64,000 bases of DNA, from NCBI GenBank assembly GCA_027319565.1, contig DAHVNA010000002.1:39283-103282 (forward strand), read 5' to 3'. This stretch comes from Elusimicrobiota bacterium. GTDB taxonomy: Bacteria; Elusimicrobiota; Elusimicrobia; UBA1565; UBA9628. Below the pieces are notes generated by a model. That model had not been told where the DNA came from. It worked only from the letters and a program-made list of their open reading frames with translations, and did no database searches. The translations under genes and the position numbers were made by a program. Shown piece by piece: positions 9,638-19,765 of this stretch; the stretch's first letter is position 1, and each line of letters opens with the position of its first letter.

Positions 9638-12109
9638 TCAGGCGCTCTCAAGCCGCCGCGTTCGAGATTCTTTCACGAAAATTTCGAGAGTATCGCCTTG
9701 TTGATAAGAAACGTTCCCATCAATTTGAATCCCGCATTCGAGATTTTTTTCCACTTCCTTGACGTCATCTTTAAAGCGCTTGAGATTAACGACTTTTCCC
9801 TCAAAAACTTTCGCTCCGTTGCGAATAACCCGGGCAAACGCCCCGCGGGAAACCTTTCCTTCCCGAACAAAAGAGCCCGCGACAAAAGCCTTGCCCTTGA
9901 GCGGGAAAATTTCCCTGACTTCCGCTTTCCCGACGACTACCTCTACAATTTCGGGAGCCAAAAGCCCTTCCAGCGCCGCTTTGACATCGGCAATCAGATC
10001 GTAAATAATTTTATACGAACGGATTTCCACTTCTTCCCGCGCCGCCAGTTCTCGGGCCCGCGCTTCGGAAGAGCTGTTAAATAAGAAGATAATCGCGTTT
10101 GAAGCCGAGGCTAAAAGAACATCCGACTCATTAGCGCTCCCCAATCCGGCATGAACGATGCGCACCTGGCATTCCTTGGTCGATAAGCTCTCCAGGGAAT
10201 CGCGCAGGGCTTGAAGCGAACCCTGAACATCGGCTTTGAGGATAATATTTAAATCCTTGGTCGTCGATCCCAGCTGAGATTTAAGGCTGACCAAGCTGAC
10301 ATGGCGCTGGTGGGCCAAGACCTGCTCGCGGTTGAGCTTTTGTCGCTGTTCCGCGATTTCACGGGCTTCTTTTTCGCTTTTAACGACGCTAAAAATATCC
10401 CCGGCCTGAGGCGTTTTCGATAAACCGAGAACCTCCACCGGCGTCGCGGGCTCGGCTTTTTCAAGCCTTTGCCCGTGCTCATCCACAAGGGCTTTAACTT
10501 TTCCATGACACAAACCCACTACCAAGGGATCTCCGATATTGAGCACCCCGGACTGAACGAGCAAGGTCGCCACGCTTCCTCTTTGAGGATCCATCTTCGC
10601 TTCCAAAACAATGCCGGAAGCCGCGCGATCGTAATTGGCTTTCAAATCCAGAAGCTCGGCTTGCAAGGAAAGCATTTCCAGAAGATGATCGATATTGGTT
10701 TTTTTCTTAGCCGAAACGTCGACAAAAATCGTTTTTCCGCCCCATTCCTCCGGATTAAGGCCGTGAAGAGCGAGATCTTGGCGAATCTTTTGCGGGTTCG
10801 CCCCGGGAAGATCAATCTTATTGACCGCGACTACGATTGGAACTCCGGCGGCTTTGGCGTGATCGATGGCTTCAATAGTCTGCGGCATAATTCCATCAAC
10901 CGCGCTGACAACCAAAACGACGATATCGGTGACCTTGGCTCCGCGGGACCGCATCGCGGTAAACGCTTCATGACCCGGAGTATCCAAGAAGACTAAAACG
11001 CCCTTAGAGGTCGTGACCTTATACGCTCCGATATGCTGGGTAATCCCTCCCGCTTCTCCGGTCGCGACATTGCTCGATCGAATCGCGTCTAAAAGGGAAG
11101 TTTTCCCGTGATCGACATGCCCCATGACCGTAATAATGGGAGGCCGCGATTTTAAATTTTCGGAAGAATCTTTCTGCCCGCGAGCGGTCTCGATTTCTTC
11201 TTCTTTATACATCGCCGTCACTTTCAATTCGTAGTTAAATTCCTGGGCGATAATCATCGCGGCGTCAATTTCAAGGCGCTGATTGATGGTGGCAAAAATT
11301 CCAAGACTCATCAATTTTTTGATCAACTCGTTGGGAGTGGCTTCCATTTTCTCGGCCAACTCTCGAACCGTGATAATGCTGGGAACTTCCAAAACCTTCA
11401 AAGCGGGTTTGGCCTGAACCGCGGGAGAAGCGGCGGGAGCGGAAAGATTGATAGCGGGTTTGGCCGCGGGCTGCGGTTTATGCTGAGGCTTCTGGGAAAA
11501 AGGCGGAGCCTTAATGACCGGCCTTGGCTGCACCGGAGGAACCGCCTTTGGGGGAGTCGCCTGAACAGGCGCGATTTTAGGCGGAGCTGAAGCCGGATTT
11601 GGTTTGGGAGCCGGCGCAGTCGGGACTGCCGCAGCCGAAGCCTGCGGCGCGCTTTTCTTGGAATCTTCCGCAACAGGCTTAGCCGCCGCGGAAGGGGAAT
11701 GAACCTGGGATGCCGGAGACGGCGCTGAAGATTGAACAGGTGAAACCGCGGGTTTTTCCTTGGCTACCGGATTGGGAGTTCCCTTAAATCCCGTCGCCGG
11801 AGCCAAGCGCGCGACCGAAGGAACCTGCCTGGCGGGCCCGGATTTCCGTTTAAACAAATCAAAAGCTGAGACTAAATGAGACGTCGGTGGAGCAATAGAA
11901 CCTTCCTCGCTTGAAGCCCTTTCTTCCGCGCGGGCCTTGACGATGGAGGGCTTGGCGGATGTTTTTTTCTTGGCAGAATCCGACTTGGATTTCTTGGCTG
12001 ATTCTCCCTTCTCCGGAGCGGTTTTTTTGGCGCGGGGAGTTTTAGCGGATTTTTTCTCTTTTTCCGCTTTTTCTTTAGGTTCAGAACTTTTCTTGGCTTT
12101 GGAAGGCAT
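9638..12109 (-). CDS. infB: Translation initiation factor IF-2
   Basis: 823 aa. Ala/Pro/Lys-rich low-complexity N-terminus, G-domain [12 protein letters not shown]...DTPGHEAF...NKID, and conserved C-terminal beta-barrel domains. Confidence 0.95.
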   Translation of the reverse strand: MPSKAKKSSEPKEKAEKEKKSAKTPRAKKTAPEKGESAKKSKSDSAKKKTSAKPSIVKARAEERASSEEGSIAPPTSHLVSAFDLFKRKSGPARQVPSVARLAPATGFKGTPNPVAKEKPAVSPVQSSAPSPASQVHSPSAAAKPVAEDSKKSAPQASAAAVPTAPAPKPNPASAPPKIAPVQATPPKAVPPVQPRPVIKAPPFSQKPQHKPQPAAKPAINLSAPAASPAVQAKPALKVLEVPSIITVRELAEKMEATPNELIKKLMSLGIFATINQRLEIDAAMIIAQEFNYELKVTAMYKEEEIETARGQKDSSENLKSRPPIITVMGHVDHGKTSLLDAIRSSNVATGEAGGITQHIGAYKVTTSKGVLVFLDTPGHEAFTAMRSRGAKVTDIVVLVVSAVDGIMPQTIEAIDHAKAAGVPIVVAVNKIDLPGANPQKIRQDLALHGLNPEEWGGKTIFVDVSAKKKTNIDHLLEMLSLQAELLDLKANYDRAASGIVLEAKMDPQRGSVATLLVQSGVLNIGDPLVVGLCHGKVKALVDEHGQRLEKAEPATPVEVLGLSKTPQAGDIFSVVKSEKEAREIAEQRQKLNREQVLAHQRHVSLVSLKSQLGSTTKDLNIILKADVQGSLQALRDSLESLSTKECQVRIVHAGLGSANESDVLLASASNAIIFLFNSSSEARARELAAREEVEIRSYKIIYDLIADVKAALEGLLAPEIVEVVVGKAEVREIFPLKGKAFVAGSFVREGKVSRGAFARVIRNGAKVFEGKVVNLKRFKDDVKEVEKNLECGIQIDGNVSYQQGDTLEIFVKESRTRRLESA

Positions 12110-12294
12110 GTAATTATAATATCATTTTAGAAAAAAAGAGTGAAAATTTTACCGTCATATGCGATGATCGCAATGGCCCTCATCGATATGTATCGGCGCG
12201 CCGCTCCGATCAAATCAAGAGCATTCCGGCCGATCCTCGCGGAGGTCGCAGGAGTTTAATGAAAAGTTCTTCTTCGCCGAAAATTATGCCGATA

Positions 12295-12885
12295 TCAATC
12301 ATCCATGATGCCAAACATTCCGAGTTTTGAAGCTTCCTCAAACGAGAATGGAAGCAGGGTATGCTCGGTATAGAAAGCGTTTTTAAATCGCGAATGAGCG
12401 TCGATTTCGGCTCGGCTCAGATCGGCAACCCTGAGGTTGGCTCGGCTAAGGTCGGCTCCCATAAGCGCCGCTCCGCTCAAATCGGCATACTCAAGGTCGG
12501 CGCCCTTCAGGTTCGCGCCGCGTAGATCGGCCTCCAATAAATCGGCGCTATGGAGATCGAGCCCGTGGAAATCCCCGCATTCGCCGTCCATGAGATCATC
12601 GGTTTTGTTATAGCCTTGGACGCCCTCTTTGTTCACGCATGTCCCGGTTTTTGGGTCGTAATGAAAGCGATCCATCTCTTTTTGAATTTTCTTGACGAGA
12701 GTCTGGGCGTGGGCCGCCTTAAGACAGAATTCCTCGCTGATCTTACACCATTCCGGCCCGACGACTTGCGCCCGTGACGAATGGGCTCCCGCCAGCGAAA
12801 TAAAGAACATTGAGACAAACCCCAGGACGGCTTTTTTATCGTTTATCATTTGATCCTCCGAAGCGTCTTTACCCTGCAGAGTCAT
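12295..12885 (-). CDS. Secreted pentapeptide-repeat protein with Cys-containing N-terminal domain
   Basis: Signal peptide, a ~100-aa region with 4 Cys, then tandem A(D/N)LxxA(D/N)Lxx pentapeptide repeats (ADLLEADLRGANLKGADLEYADLSGAALMGADLSRANLRVADLSRAEID). Confidence 0.8.
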   Translation of the reverse strand: MTLQGKDASEDQMINDKKAVLGFVSMFFISLAGAHSSRAQVVGPEWCKISEEFCLKAAHAQTLVKKIQKEMDRFHYDPKTGTCVNKEGVQGYNKTDDLMDGECGDFHGLDLHSADLLEADLRGANLKGADLEYADLSGAALMGADLSRANLRVADLSRAEIDAHSRFKNAFYTEHTLLPFSFEEASKLGMFGIMDD

Positions 12886-13012
12886 CCTACAAACGATTCA
12901 TGGGATCGGGCCATAGCAGACGCGTAAAATCGGCATGACGCTAGTATGACGGCAGGAACGTCTCTAGAACCTCGTCAATGATCCGGATTGCCCAATTCGG
13001 GAATGATGGGGA

Positions 13013-14248
13013 TTACGCCTTTTTCTCAAGACTCGCTTTGGCTTTCGCGATAATTTTTGTCGCCATCTTATCGCTAATTCCTTCCACCTGGGTCAAGGAC
13101 TCAACGCTGGATTCCGCAAGCTTATGGACGTCAGCCAAACCCGCGCGAGACAATAAATCCATCGTCTTAGCGCTTAAACCCTCAATTTGAAGAACAGGTC
13201 CTTCCTCCGGCTTTTTTTCTATTTGGGACTTAATCTCGATATTCCAACCAATCAACCGGGAAGCCAGATCTAAGTTTTGGCCTTCCTTGCCGATGGCAAT
13301 CGCGAACTGCGATTCCGGAACAAAAGCGATCGCTTTCTTGGCCGCCGCATCGACGATTTTAACTTGAGAGACCACCGCCGGAGACAAGGCGTTTGAAATC
13401 AGCTTCCCAGGTTCATCATTGTGGGCGATTAAATCAATTTTTTCTCCGGCTAGCTCATTCATCAAGCTGCGAATTCGAGAGCCGCGCAATCCCACGCAGG
13501 CCCCGACCGGATCAATTTGGGGATCGTTGGATTTCACCAAAACCTTCGCTCTAAAGCCGGGGTCGCGAACGATGGACACAATTGAAATCGTTTTATCTTT
13601 AATCTCCGGGACCTCAATCTCAAGCAAGCGCTCCAAGAAAAGAGGGGCCGCCCTGGACAAAAGGATCTGCGGAGATTGAGAGGCCCGGTCAACTCTTAAG
13701 ATGACGCAGCGAACGCTCATTCCGACGTTGTAGCGCTCGCGGCGAATCTGCTCTCGCATGGGAATTACGCCTTCCACCTTTCCCAAATCTACGACGATCG
13801 TGCGCTCGATAAAACGATGGACCGAACCCACGGTCAACTGGCCTTCTTTGGGCTTGAATTCATCGTAAAGCTTATCTCTCTCGGACTCCCGAACCTTTTG
13901 GGTCAAAAGCTGTTTCGCGGTCTGGGCCGCGATGCGGGCAAAATCGGCCGCGGGAGCGGGAAAACGAATTTCATCCCCGATCTGTGCGTCGGATTTTATT
14001 TTCCGCGCTTCTTCCAAACTCATTTCCATTTCGGAATCAAGGACAGCATCCACCACTTTTTTAACGACGCGCGCTTGAAATTGCGCCGTCTCAGGGTCAA
14101 TATTGGCCTCAATGACGGCGTTTTTGCCGACATATTTTCTCAACGAGCTGACCACCGCGCTCTCAATCATCTGGAGTATTTCGTTTTTGGGGATGCCCTT
14201 ATCGCGCTCGATCTGTTCCAAAACAAGTATCAATTCCGATTTAGCCAT
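13013..14248 (-). CDS. nusA: Transcription termination/antitermination factor NusA
   Basis: 411 aa with an N-terminal domain, an S1 domain, two KH domains and a short C-terminal extension. It lies downstream of rimP. Confidence 0.9.
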   Translation of the reverse strand: MAKSELILVLEQIERDKGIPKNEILQMIESAVVSSLRKYVGKNAVIEANIDPETAQFQARVVKKVVDAVLDSEMEMSLEEARKIKSDAQIGDEIRFPAPAADFARIAAQTAKQLLTQKVRESERDKLYDEFKPKEGQLTVGSVHRFIERTIVVDLGKVEGVIPMREQIRRERYNVGMSVRCVILRVDRASQSPQILLSRAAPLFLERLLEIEVPEIKDKTISIVSIVRDPGFRAKVLVKSNDPQIDPVGACVGLRGSRIRSLMNELAGEKIDLIAHNDEPGKLISNALSPAVVSQVKIVDAAAKKAIAFVPESQFAIAIGKEGQNLDLASRLIGWNIEIKSQIEKKPEEGPVLQIEGLSAKTMDLLSRAGLADVHKLAESSVESLTQVEGISDKMATKIIAKAKASLEKKA

Positions 14249-14250
14249 AT

Positions 14251-14730
14251 TTAAATAGACAGATGGGCGGCTTCGTTGAGGCGAGCCTCTTCAATCGCGC
14301 TGATATTGAAAGAGAAAGTTTTTCCCTCGCACTCGAAAGCCACCTGCCCCTCCTGGCATCCCCGAATAATTCCGGAGAAATTTCGACGTCCCTCCAAAGG
14401 CTCTTTTAATTGAATCTTGGCGGCCTTGCCGCTAAACCTCTGAAAATCTTTTTCTTTTTTGATAACGCGGTCGATTCCGGGGGAAGATACTTCGAGCACA
14501 TAAGAAGCCGACAACGCTTTCGAAGAATCAAGCAGACTGCCGATGCGGTCCGAGAAATAGGCACAATCATCCAGAGAAACTCGCGGCGATTTATCGATAT
14601 AAACCCTCAGAACCCATTGCGAACCTTCCCGGGCATATTCCAAATCCACCAATTCCGCTCCTTCCTGTTCAAGCAGTGGGCTAATCAGCGTCTCAATTTT
14701 TGATAGATCCATAATCTGTTCCAAAAGCAA
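14251..14730 (-). CDS. rimP: Ribosome maturation factor RimP
   Basis: 159 aa immediately upstream of nusA, in the DUF150/RimP family. Confidence 0.75.
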   Translation of the reverse strand: MLLEQIMDLSKIETLISPLLEQEGAELVDLEYAREGSQWVLRVYIDKSPRVSLDDCAYFSDRIGSLLDSSKALSASYVLEVSSPGIDRVIKKEKDFQRFSGKAAKIQLKEPLEGRRNFSGIIRGCQEGQVAFECEGKTFSFNISAIEEARLNEAAHLSI

Positions 14731-14785
14731 GGCCGCTCGAACTCCCGAGCGGCCTTAAGGCTCGTATTATATGTATTATTGTATC

Positions 14786-15691
14786 TTATTTTATGGGCGA
14801 TTTCCCAAGATTTTCGGCGAAATTATAAAGCGCCTCCTTGATGCCCCTCATCAGAGGACCGACATCCTTTTCAAGACGCTCAGTCCTTAGCCCCGCCTTT
14901 AAGGGCCGCTTCGCTTTTTGTTTGAGCTCCGAGGTCGGTAATCCTTGAATCAAATTCGGGTCCAATTTAAGAATCCGCGCCGCCTCTCGGGCAAAATCAA
15001 GGCGGGAGACAAAATCAGAACCCGCGGCGTGGAAGATTCCGCGCGCGTCTATTTCAAGCAACTTCTCTAAGGCCAAGGCCAAATCAGGGGCATAGGTCGG
15101 CGTCGCCCATTGATCGGAAGGGACAAGCATCTTCTCTTTTTGAGAAAGCCTTTTGAGCAACTGCATCGCAAAATTGTTGCCTCCTTCCTGAAAACTATAG
15201 ACCGTGGTCGTCCGAACCACCAAGTTATTGTCTGAAACTTCTAAAACGGCTTGTTCCCCCTCAAGCTTGCTTTCCCCGTAAACATTGAGGGGACGGGTCT
15301 CAGCGTTTTCATCATAAGGGCCGGAAGTTCCGTCAAAAACATAATCAGTAGAAAGAAACACGAGCTTGCCGCCGGGAATTTTTTTCATCTCCCGGGCAAT
15401 GTCAGCGGGAGATTTTAGATTAATCTGAAAGGCTTTTTCTCGATCGGATTCGCAGCCATCGACATTCGTCATAGCCCCGCAGATAATGGCGATGTCCGGG
15501 CGAACGCGAGAAACCACCGCCACAGCTTCTCCTTCTTGGGACAAATCAAGAGGCAGGAGTTCAGAACTCAAGCGAGAAAAACCCGTGCCCATGACCTGAT
15601 ATTTCTCTCCGGAAAAGACCTTAAGACACAAACGCCCTAATTGGCCGGTCGCCCCGATAATTAAAACTTTTTTAGTCCGAGAATTAAACAT
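14786..15691 (-). CDS. rfbD: dTDP-4-dehydrorhamnose reductase (RmlD family)
   Basis: KVLIIGATGQLG Rossmann motif, STDYVFDG, YGESK catalytic triad region and PTYAPDLA. Confidence 0.8.
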   Translation of the reverse strand: MFNSRTKKVLIIGATGQLGRLCLKVFSGEKYQVMGTGFSRLSSELLPLDLSQEGEAVAVVSRVRPDIAIICGAMTNVDGCESDREKAFQINLKSPADIAREMKKIPGGKLVFLSTDYVFDGTSGPYDENAETRPLNVYGESKLEGEQAVLEVSDNNLVVRTTTVYSFQEGGNNFAMQLLKRLSQKEKMLVPSDQWATPTYAPDLALALEKLLEIDARGIFHAAGSDFVSRLDFAREAARILKLDPNLIQGLPTSELKQKAKRPLKAGLRTERLEKDVGPLMRGIKEALYNFAENLGKSPIK

Positions 15692-15733
15692 CGTTTCATT
15701 CTAACAAATGATTAAATTTGATAGTATAAAATC

Positions 15734-16567
15734 GTGCTTTGTCTCCTTCTGTATTTTTTATTTCCCGCCCTAACATCGCCTTTGAAAGCGGGCGCTTTAG
15801 GAAGCTCCTCTGACCTCGCCCTCTATTCTCTATGGCCGCAATCTCCCGCTCCTATTCCCCTGCCCAACCCTTGGAACCGACAAGTCCTTCCGGATTTTTC
15901 CCCATCCCCCGCAAAAACTTCCGACTCTAAAAGTCCCGCGGTCTTTGTGCGCCTCAAATTAAGCATGAAAACCAAGGAAAGCCTAAAAGATTCTCTGATC
16001 GATCTGGGCTCACAAGCGGGGTTTCACCCCGATGCCCGGTTTAATCCCGTGGTAGATGGACCGTCCCAAAAAGCCTTTATCTGGGGATGGATTCTTCCCT
16101 CCAATATTAAGCAGGTGGCCAAACTTCCAACGGTCGAGAAAATATCCTTTTCCGATCACAAGCGCGAAGCCATGTCCCCTTCTTCTCAAGAAACCCTCAT
16201 CGTCGGGCTCGAGGTCAATTCCTCTGTCTCTCAAACCCTGTCGGAGGATCTTCCCCGAATCGTCAAAAATACCGAGTTTAAAGTCCAAAAAACAATCGGA
16301 TATCAACCCATTCCCCAATCCGATAAAATCGCCATCCTCTTCTTAGGAAAAATTTCGATATCCAATATCGACAAACTTCTCAATCAACGAAATGTCGTGA
16401 AGGTATTGCCGCTCATGTCGCAGTCCAAAAGCGTTTCTCTCAGCAAGGTCAAAAACCCATTGCCTCCTGCTGTAAGCGCGGTGGACCAATTAATGTTTTG
16501 GGGCGGAGCCGCGGGGCTCTTGATTGGGGGTTGTTTGTTCTATCTGTTAAGACTCATAAGTTCATAA
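15734..16567 (+). CDS. Hypothetical Pro/Ser-rich protein with C-terminal membrane anchor
   Basis: 277 aa. I recognise no catalytic motif. It has a C-terminal TM helix (GGAAGLLIGGCLFYLL) and occupies the slot where ftsE would be expected. Confidence 0.4.
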   Translation: MLCLLLYFLFPALTSPLKAGALGSSSDLALYSLWPQSPAPIPLPNPWNRQVLPDFSPSPAKTSDSKSPAVFVRLKLSMKTKESLKDSLIDLGSQAGFHPDARFNPVVDGPSQKAFIWGWILPSNIKQVAKLPTVEKISFSDHKREAMSPSSQETLIVGLEVNSSVSQTLSEDLPRIVKNTEFKVQKTIGYQPIPQSDKIAILFLGKISISNIDKLLNQRNVVKVLPLMSQSKSVSLSKVKNPLPPAVSAVDQLMFWGGAAGLLIGGCLFYLLRLISS

Positions 16568-16573
16568 TCTTCA

Positions 16574-17332
16574 ATGAAAAGGCGTTTCTCTGCGGCTTTT
16601 TTGCTTGGAATCATTCTCGGTCTCGGGGGAGAAACTCTTCTTCTATCAAAAACCGCCTCCGGGAATTTCGCCGATAATTTGAGGAAAGATTTTCGCGTGC
16701 TTTTCTTTATGCCGGAAAAATCCTTGCCGCAGACACTTTTAAACGCTCAAAAATCAGTGGGCGAAATACCCGGAACCCAATCCTCCATTTTAATTTCTCC
16801 CAAAAAAGCTCTCTCTATTCTCCAAAAAGAAGATCCGGAATTAGCGCAAAATCTTTCTTTCTTGACCGCCAATCCAATAGAGCCAATGATCGAAGCGACT
16901 CTAAACAAGGACGGCCTTCTCTCTTTTGAATCCTGGATATCTCAAGCCGCCGCTCTGCAAAAATGGACCGAAATACGCTATCAGCCGGAAGAGCTCAAAT
17001 CTATTTTAAGACTGGGATTATATCTGCGTTTCCTGACCGTGGCGCTGACCGCTCTTTTATGCCTTTCTTCTCTTCTGCTAGTTTTAGGAGTGCTTTTTCC
17101 TCTCATCGTTTTCTCAAAGCGCTCTCCGCATAAGATGCTTGAGCTTCTTTCTCTTAGCGCGAAGACTTTCGGGGTTTGCCTTATCGGCGTTTGTATCGGC
17201 GGAATTTTCTCCGCCGCTTTTGCCTGGCCCTTGGGCCGAACCGTAGAGTGGTGGAGGTGGCCCACCCTGTTGACTCAAGCGATCTTCATTCTTCCAACCG
17301 CCCTTGCCGGCGCGATTCTATGCGTTTGGTAA
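16574..17332 (+). CDS. FtsX-like permease (TM1, ~140-aa periplasmic domain, TM2-4)
   Basis: Topology inferred from hydropathy. It is followed by a coiled-coil M23 peptidase and ctpA, as in ftsX-envC loci. No ABC ATPase partner was found. Confidence 0.4.
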   Translation: MKRRFSAAFLLGIILGLGGETLLLSKTASGNFADNLRKDFRVLFFMPEKSLPQTLLNAQKSVGEIPGTQSSILISPKKALSILQKEDPELAQNLSFLTANPIEPMIEATLNKDGLLSFESWISQAAALQKWTEIRYQPEELKSILRLGLYLRFLTVALTALLCLSSLLLVLGVLFPLIVFSKRSPHKMLELLSLSAKTFGVCLIGVCIGGIFSAAFAWPLGRTVEWWRWPTLLTQAIFILPTALAGAILCVW

Positions 17333-18426
17333 TCATCTCGTGGCTATTTTTATCTCCCGCCGCCCACGCCAAACCCCTTAGCCGAAAACTGGGCGAGATC
17401 AAAAAAGAAATTCTTGAAACCAGAAGGGAAATCCGCCATTACCAAAAAACGGAAATCCGCTTAAAAAAAGATTCTGAATTTCTCAAGCGAAAGCATTTGA
17501 CCAATCAAAAAATGCTTGAGCGCTTAAACAAACTGGAAACCTCCGTCAAAAACAAGGAGCAGGATCTCGCCCTTCAATTAAAATCCCTGCAAGAGGATTC
17601 CAATTTCTGGTCCGAAGAATTGAAAAAAAATATCCGGGCTTATTTTTCCGATATCGAAACCGGTCGAGGATATCAAAGCGTCGATTTTCTTCAGCAGGAA
17701 CAATTCTTGCGTTTTTCTCTCATCAATGATTCTGTCATGCTCAAGGCGCTCAGCGGAAGCGCTCGAAAGACCGTCCAGGCCAAGCAGAAAACGGATGCGG
17801 TCAAAGAGGGAATTATCGCGCAAAGCCAAAAAGCCATCGCCCAAAACAAAAAACTCTCAGCCTCCTTTTCCCGCGAACAATCCCTAATCCAAAGCGTCTC
17901 CGAGAAAAAATCCGAGGCGTTAAAAAGAGAAAAGAAATTAGAAGAGTCGGAAAAGGCCCTGACACTCTTATTAAAAAAATTCAACCGACGAAGAAAAACG
18001 CGCCCCATCAGAAAAATTTATCGTCCGCGCCCGGTCATAGGCCCCCATTCCCTCTCCTGGCCCGCGCGCGGCAAAGTTATTGATTTCTTTGGAAAGGAGA
18101 AAAATCCCGAGCTGGGAACCTGGGTGATTCATCAGGGAATACTCCTTGAAACTTCCCCTCATTCGCCGGTCCATAATGTCGCCCTAGGCCGGGTTATCTT
18201 TGCCGGGCCTTTTCGCTCTTATGGACAAATCGTGATTGTCGACTGCGGCCATGAATTTTTCGCCATCTACGGGCATCTCGGGTCCATTCTCGCGAAAACC
18301 GGGGAAATGGTGGGGCGAGGACAAATCATTGGGACCAGCTCTTTGAACCCGCGCTCTGGAAATTTATATTTTGAGCTTCGGCAAGGAACGACCGCGCTTA
18401 ACCCGCTTGGCTGGTTGAAAAAATAA
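17320..18426 (+). CDS. Coiled-coil M23 (LytM-type) metallopeptidase, EnvC-like
   Basis: Start chosen at ATG 17320 (MRLVIISWLF signal peptide). Long coiled-coil region, then an M23 domain (LGRVIFAGPFRSYGQIVIVDCGHEFFAIYGHLGSI). Confidence 0.8.
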   Translation: MRLVIISWLFLSPAAHAKPLSRKLGEIKKEILETRREIRHYQKTEIRLKKDSEFLKRKHLTNQKMLERLNKLETSVKNKEQDLALQLKSLQEDSNFWSEELKKNIRAYFSDIETGRGYQSVDFLQQEQFLRFSLINDSVMLKALSGSARKTVQAKQKTDAVKEGIIAQSQKAIAQNKKLSASFSREQSLIQSVSEKKSEALKREKKLEESEKALTLLLKKFNRRRKTRPIRKIYRPRPVIGPHSLSWPARGKVIDFFGKEKNPELGTWVIHQGILLETSPHSPVHNVALGRVIFAGPFRSYGQIVIVDCGHEFFAIYGHLGSILAKTGEMVGRGQIIGTSSLNPRSGNLYFELRQGTTALNPLGWLKK

Positions 18427-18427
18427 T

Positions 18428-19765
18428 ATGATGATAGAGATGATCCGCTTAGACAAAATGAGCCGAACCCTCCTGATTATTTCTTTTTTCGCCGCGACTC
18501 TTTGTCTGCCCGCCCAAAGCCAGGTCGTTGTCTCCTCCGCTTCTCAGCAGGGGCTTTCCGGAGACGAGACCTACAAGAAAATTAAAACCTTGGTCGATGT
18601 CCTCCATTACATTCGCGAAGACTATGTCGATCCGGTTTCAACCAAGCAATTAATGGACGGAGCTTTATCGGGCATGGTTGACACACTGGATCCTTTCTCT
18701 CAATATCTGGGCGTTGAAGCGGCCGGAGAAATGGACACCGAAACCAAGGGGAATTTTGACGGGGTCGGGCTTCAGCTCAATGTCGATGGAGATTGGCTCA
18801 CGGTCATTACCCCGATCCCGGGAACCCCCGCCTACAGCGCTGGCATCTTGCCGGGAGATCGTTTGTCGGCGGTCAACGGGCAAAGCACCAAGGATGAAAC
18901 GCTCAATCAGATTCAAAAAGATCTTCGGGGAAAGCCCGGCAGCCAGGTCGCCTTGACGGTGTTGCGAAAAGTTCCGGAGGGAAATTCCGAAATCTGGAAG
19001 CCCCTGAATTTTACGGTCGAAAGAAAAAAAATAAAAATAGAAAGCGTTCACTCTCAGATGCTTCCCAATCAGATCGGATATATCCGAATCGTGGAATTTA
19101 ACGCCAACACCGCCCGAGACACCTTGACGGCTCTTAATTCTTTGAAAAAACAAGGGATGACGAGTCTTATTTTGGATCTCAGAAATAATCCTGGCGGGCT
19201 TTTGTCCTCCGCCGTTCAGATTGCCTCATACTTCCTAGCCGGGAAAAAGTTAATCGTCTACACGCAGGGAAGAAAACCCGACGACCGCGAGGAATTTAGA
19301 AGCTTTGAGACCGCCCCATTTCCCGATCTTCCGATGATCGTTTTAGTCAACGGCGGATCCGCCTCAGCGGCCGAAATCGTTTCCGGAGCGCTTCAAGACA
19401 ATCACCGCGCTCTATTGGTCGGCATGCGCACCTATGGAAAAGCCAGTGTCCAATCCATCATCCCGCTCGATGACGGCTCCAGCCTTCGCCTGACGATCGC
19501 TCGTTACTATACCCCGTCCGGGCGTTCGATTCAGCGCAACGAGACAAACCACACCGGAGGAATTTTGCCCGACATTATCGTCAAGGTTCCTCCCGATATT
19601 GAAGCCAAACTTTACGATCAGTGGGATATGATTTACGCGAAAAATCAAAAACCTCACTCCCTGGTCAAGAAAAAATACCGCGTTCCGGACAAAATTCTCG
19701 ACCGCGCCGAAGAAATTCTCAAAGCCCGCAGCATTTTAGGAACGCAAGGAAACGCCGCCCCTTGA
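18428..19765 (+). CDS. ctpA: Carboxyl-terminal processing protease (S41, PDZ-containing)
   Basis: PDZ segment GDRLSAVNGQ, S41 catalytic region LILDLRNNPGGLL, GGSASAAEIVSGALQD...GKASVQ. Confidence 0.85.
   Translation: MMIEMIRLDKMSRTLLIISFFAATLCLPAQSQVVVSSASQQGLSGDETYKKIKTLVDVLHYIREDYVDPVSTKQLMDGALSGMVDTLDPFSQYLGVEAAGEMDTETKGNFDGVGLQLNVDGDWLTVITPIPGTPAYSAGILPGDRLSAVNGQSTKDETLNQIQKDLRGKPGSQVALTVLRKVPEGNSEIWKPLNFTVERKKIKIESVHSQMLPNQIGYIRIVEFNANTARDTLTALNSLKKQGMTSLILDLRNNPGGLLSSAVQIASYFLAGKKLIVYTQGRKPDDREEFRSFETAPFPDLPMIVLVNGGSASAAEIVSGALQDNHRALLVGMRTYGKASVQSIIPLDDGSSLRLTIARYYTPSGRSIQRNETNHTGGILPDIIVKVPPDIEAKLYDQWDMIYAKNQKPHSLVKKKYRVPDKILDRAEEILKARSILGTQGNAAP

Noticed and set aside
9605-11673. 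Antisense ORFs inside infB (9605-10084, 10469-10996, 11398-11673)
   Set aside because: They are the opposite-strand shadow of infB's Ala/Pro/Lys-rich low-complexity N-terminus and G-domain. Their composition is Arg/Pro/Leu-biased with no starts or ribosome-binding sites.
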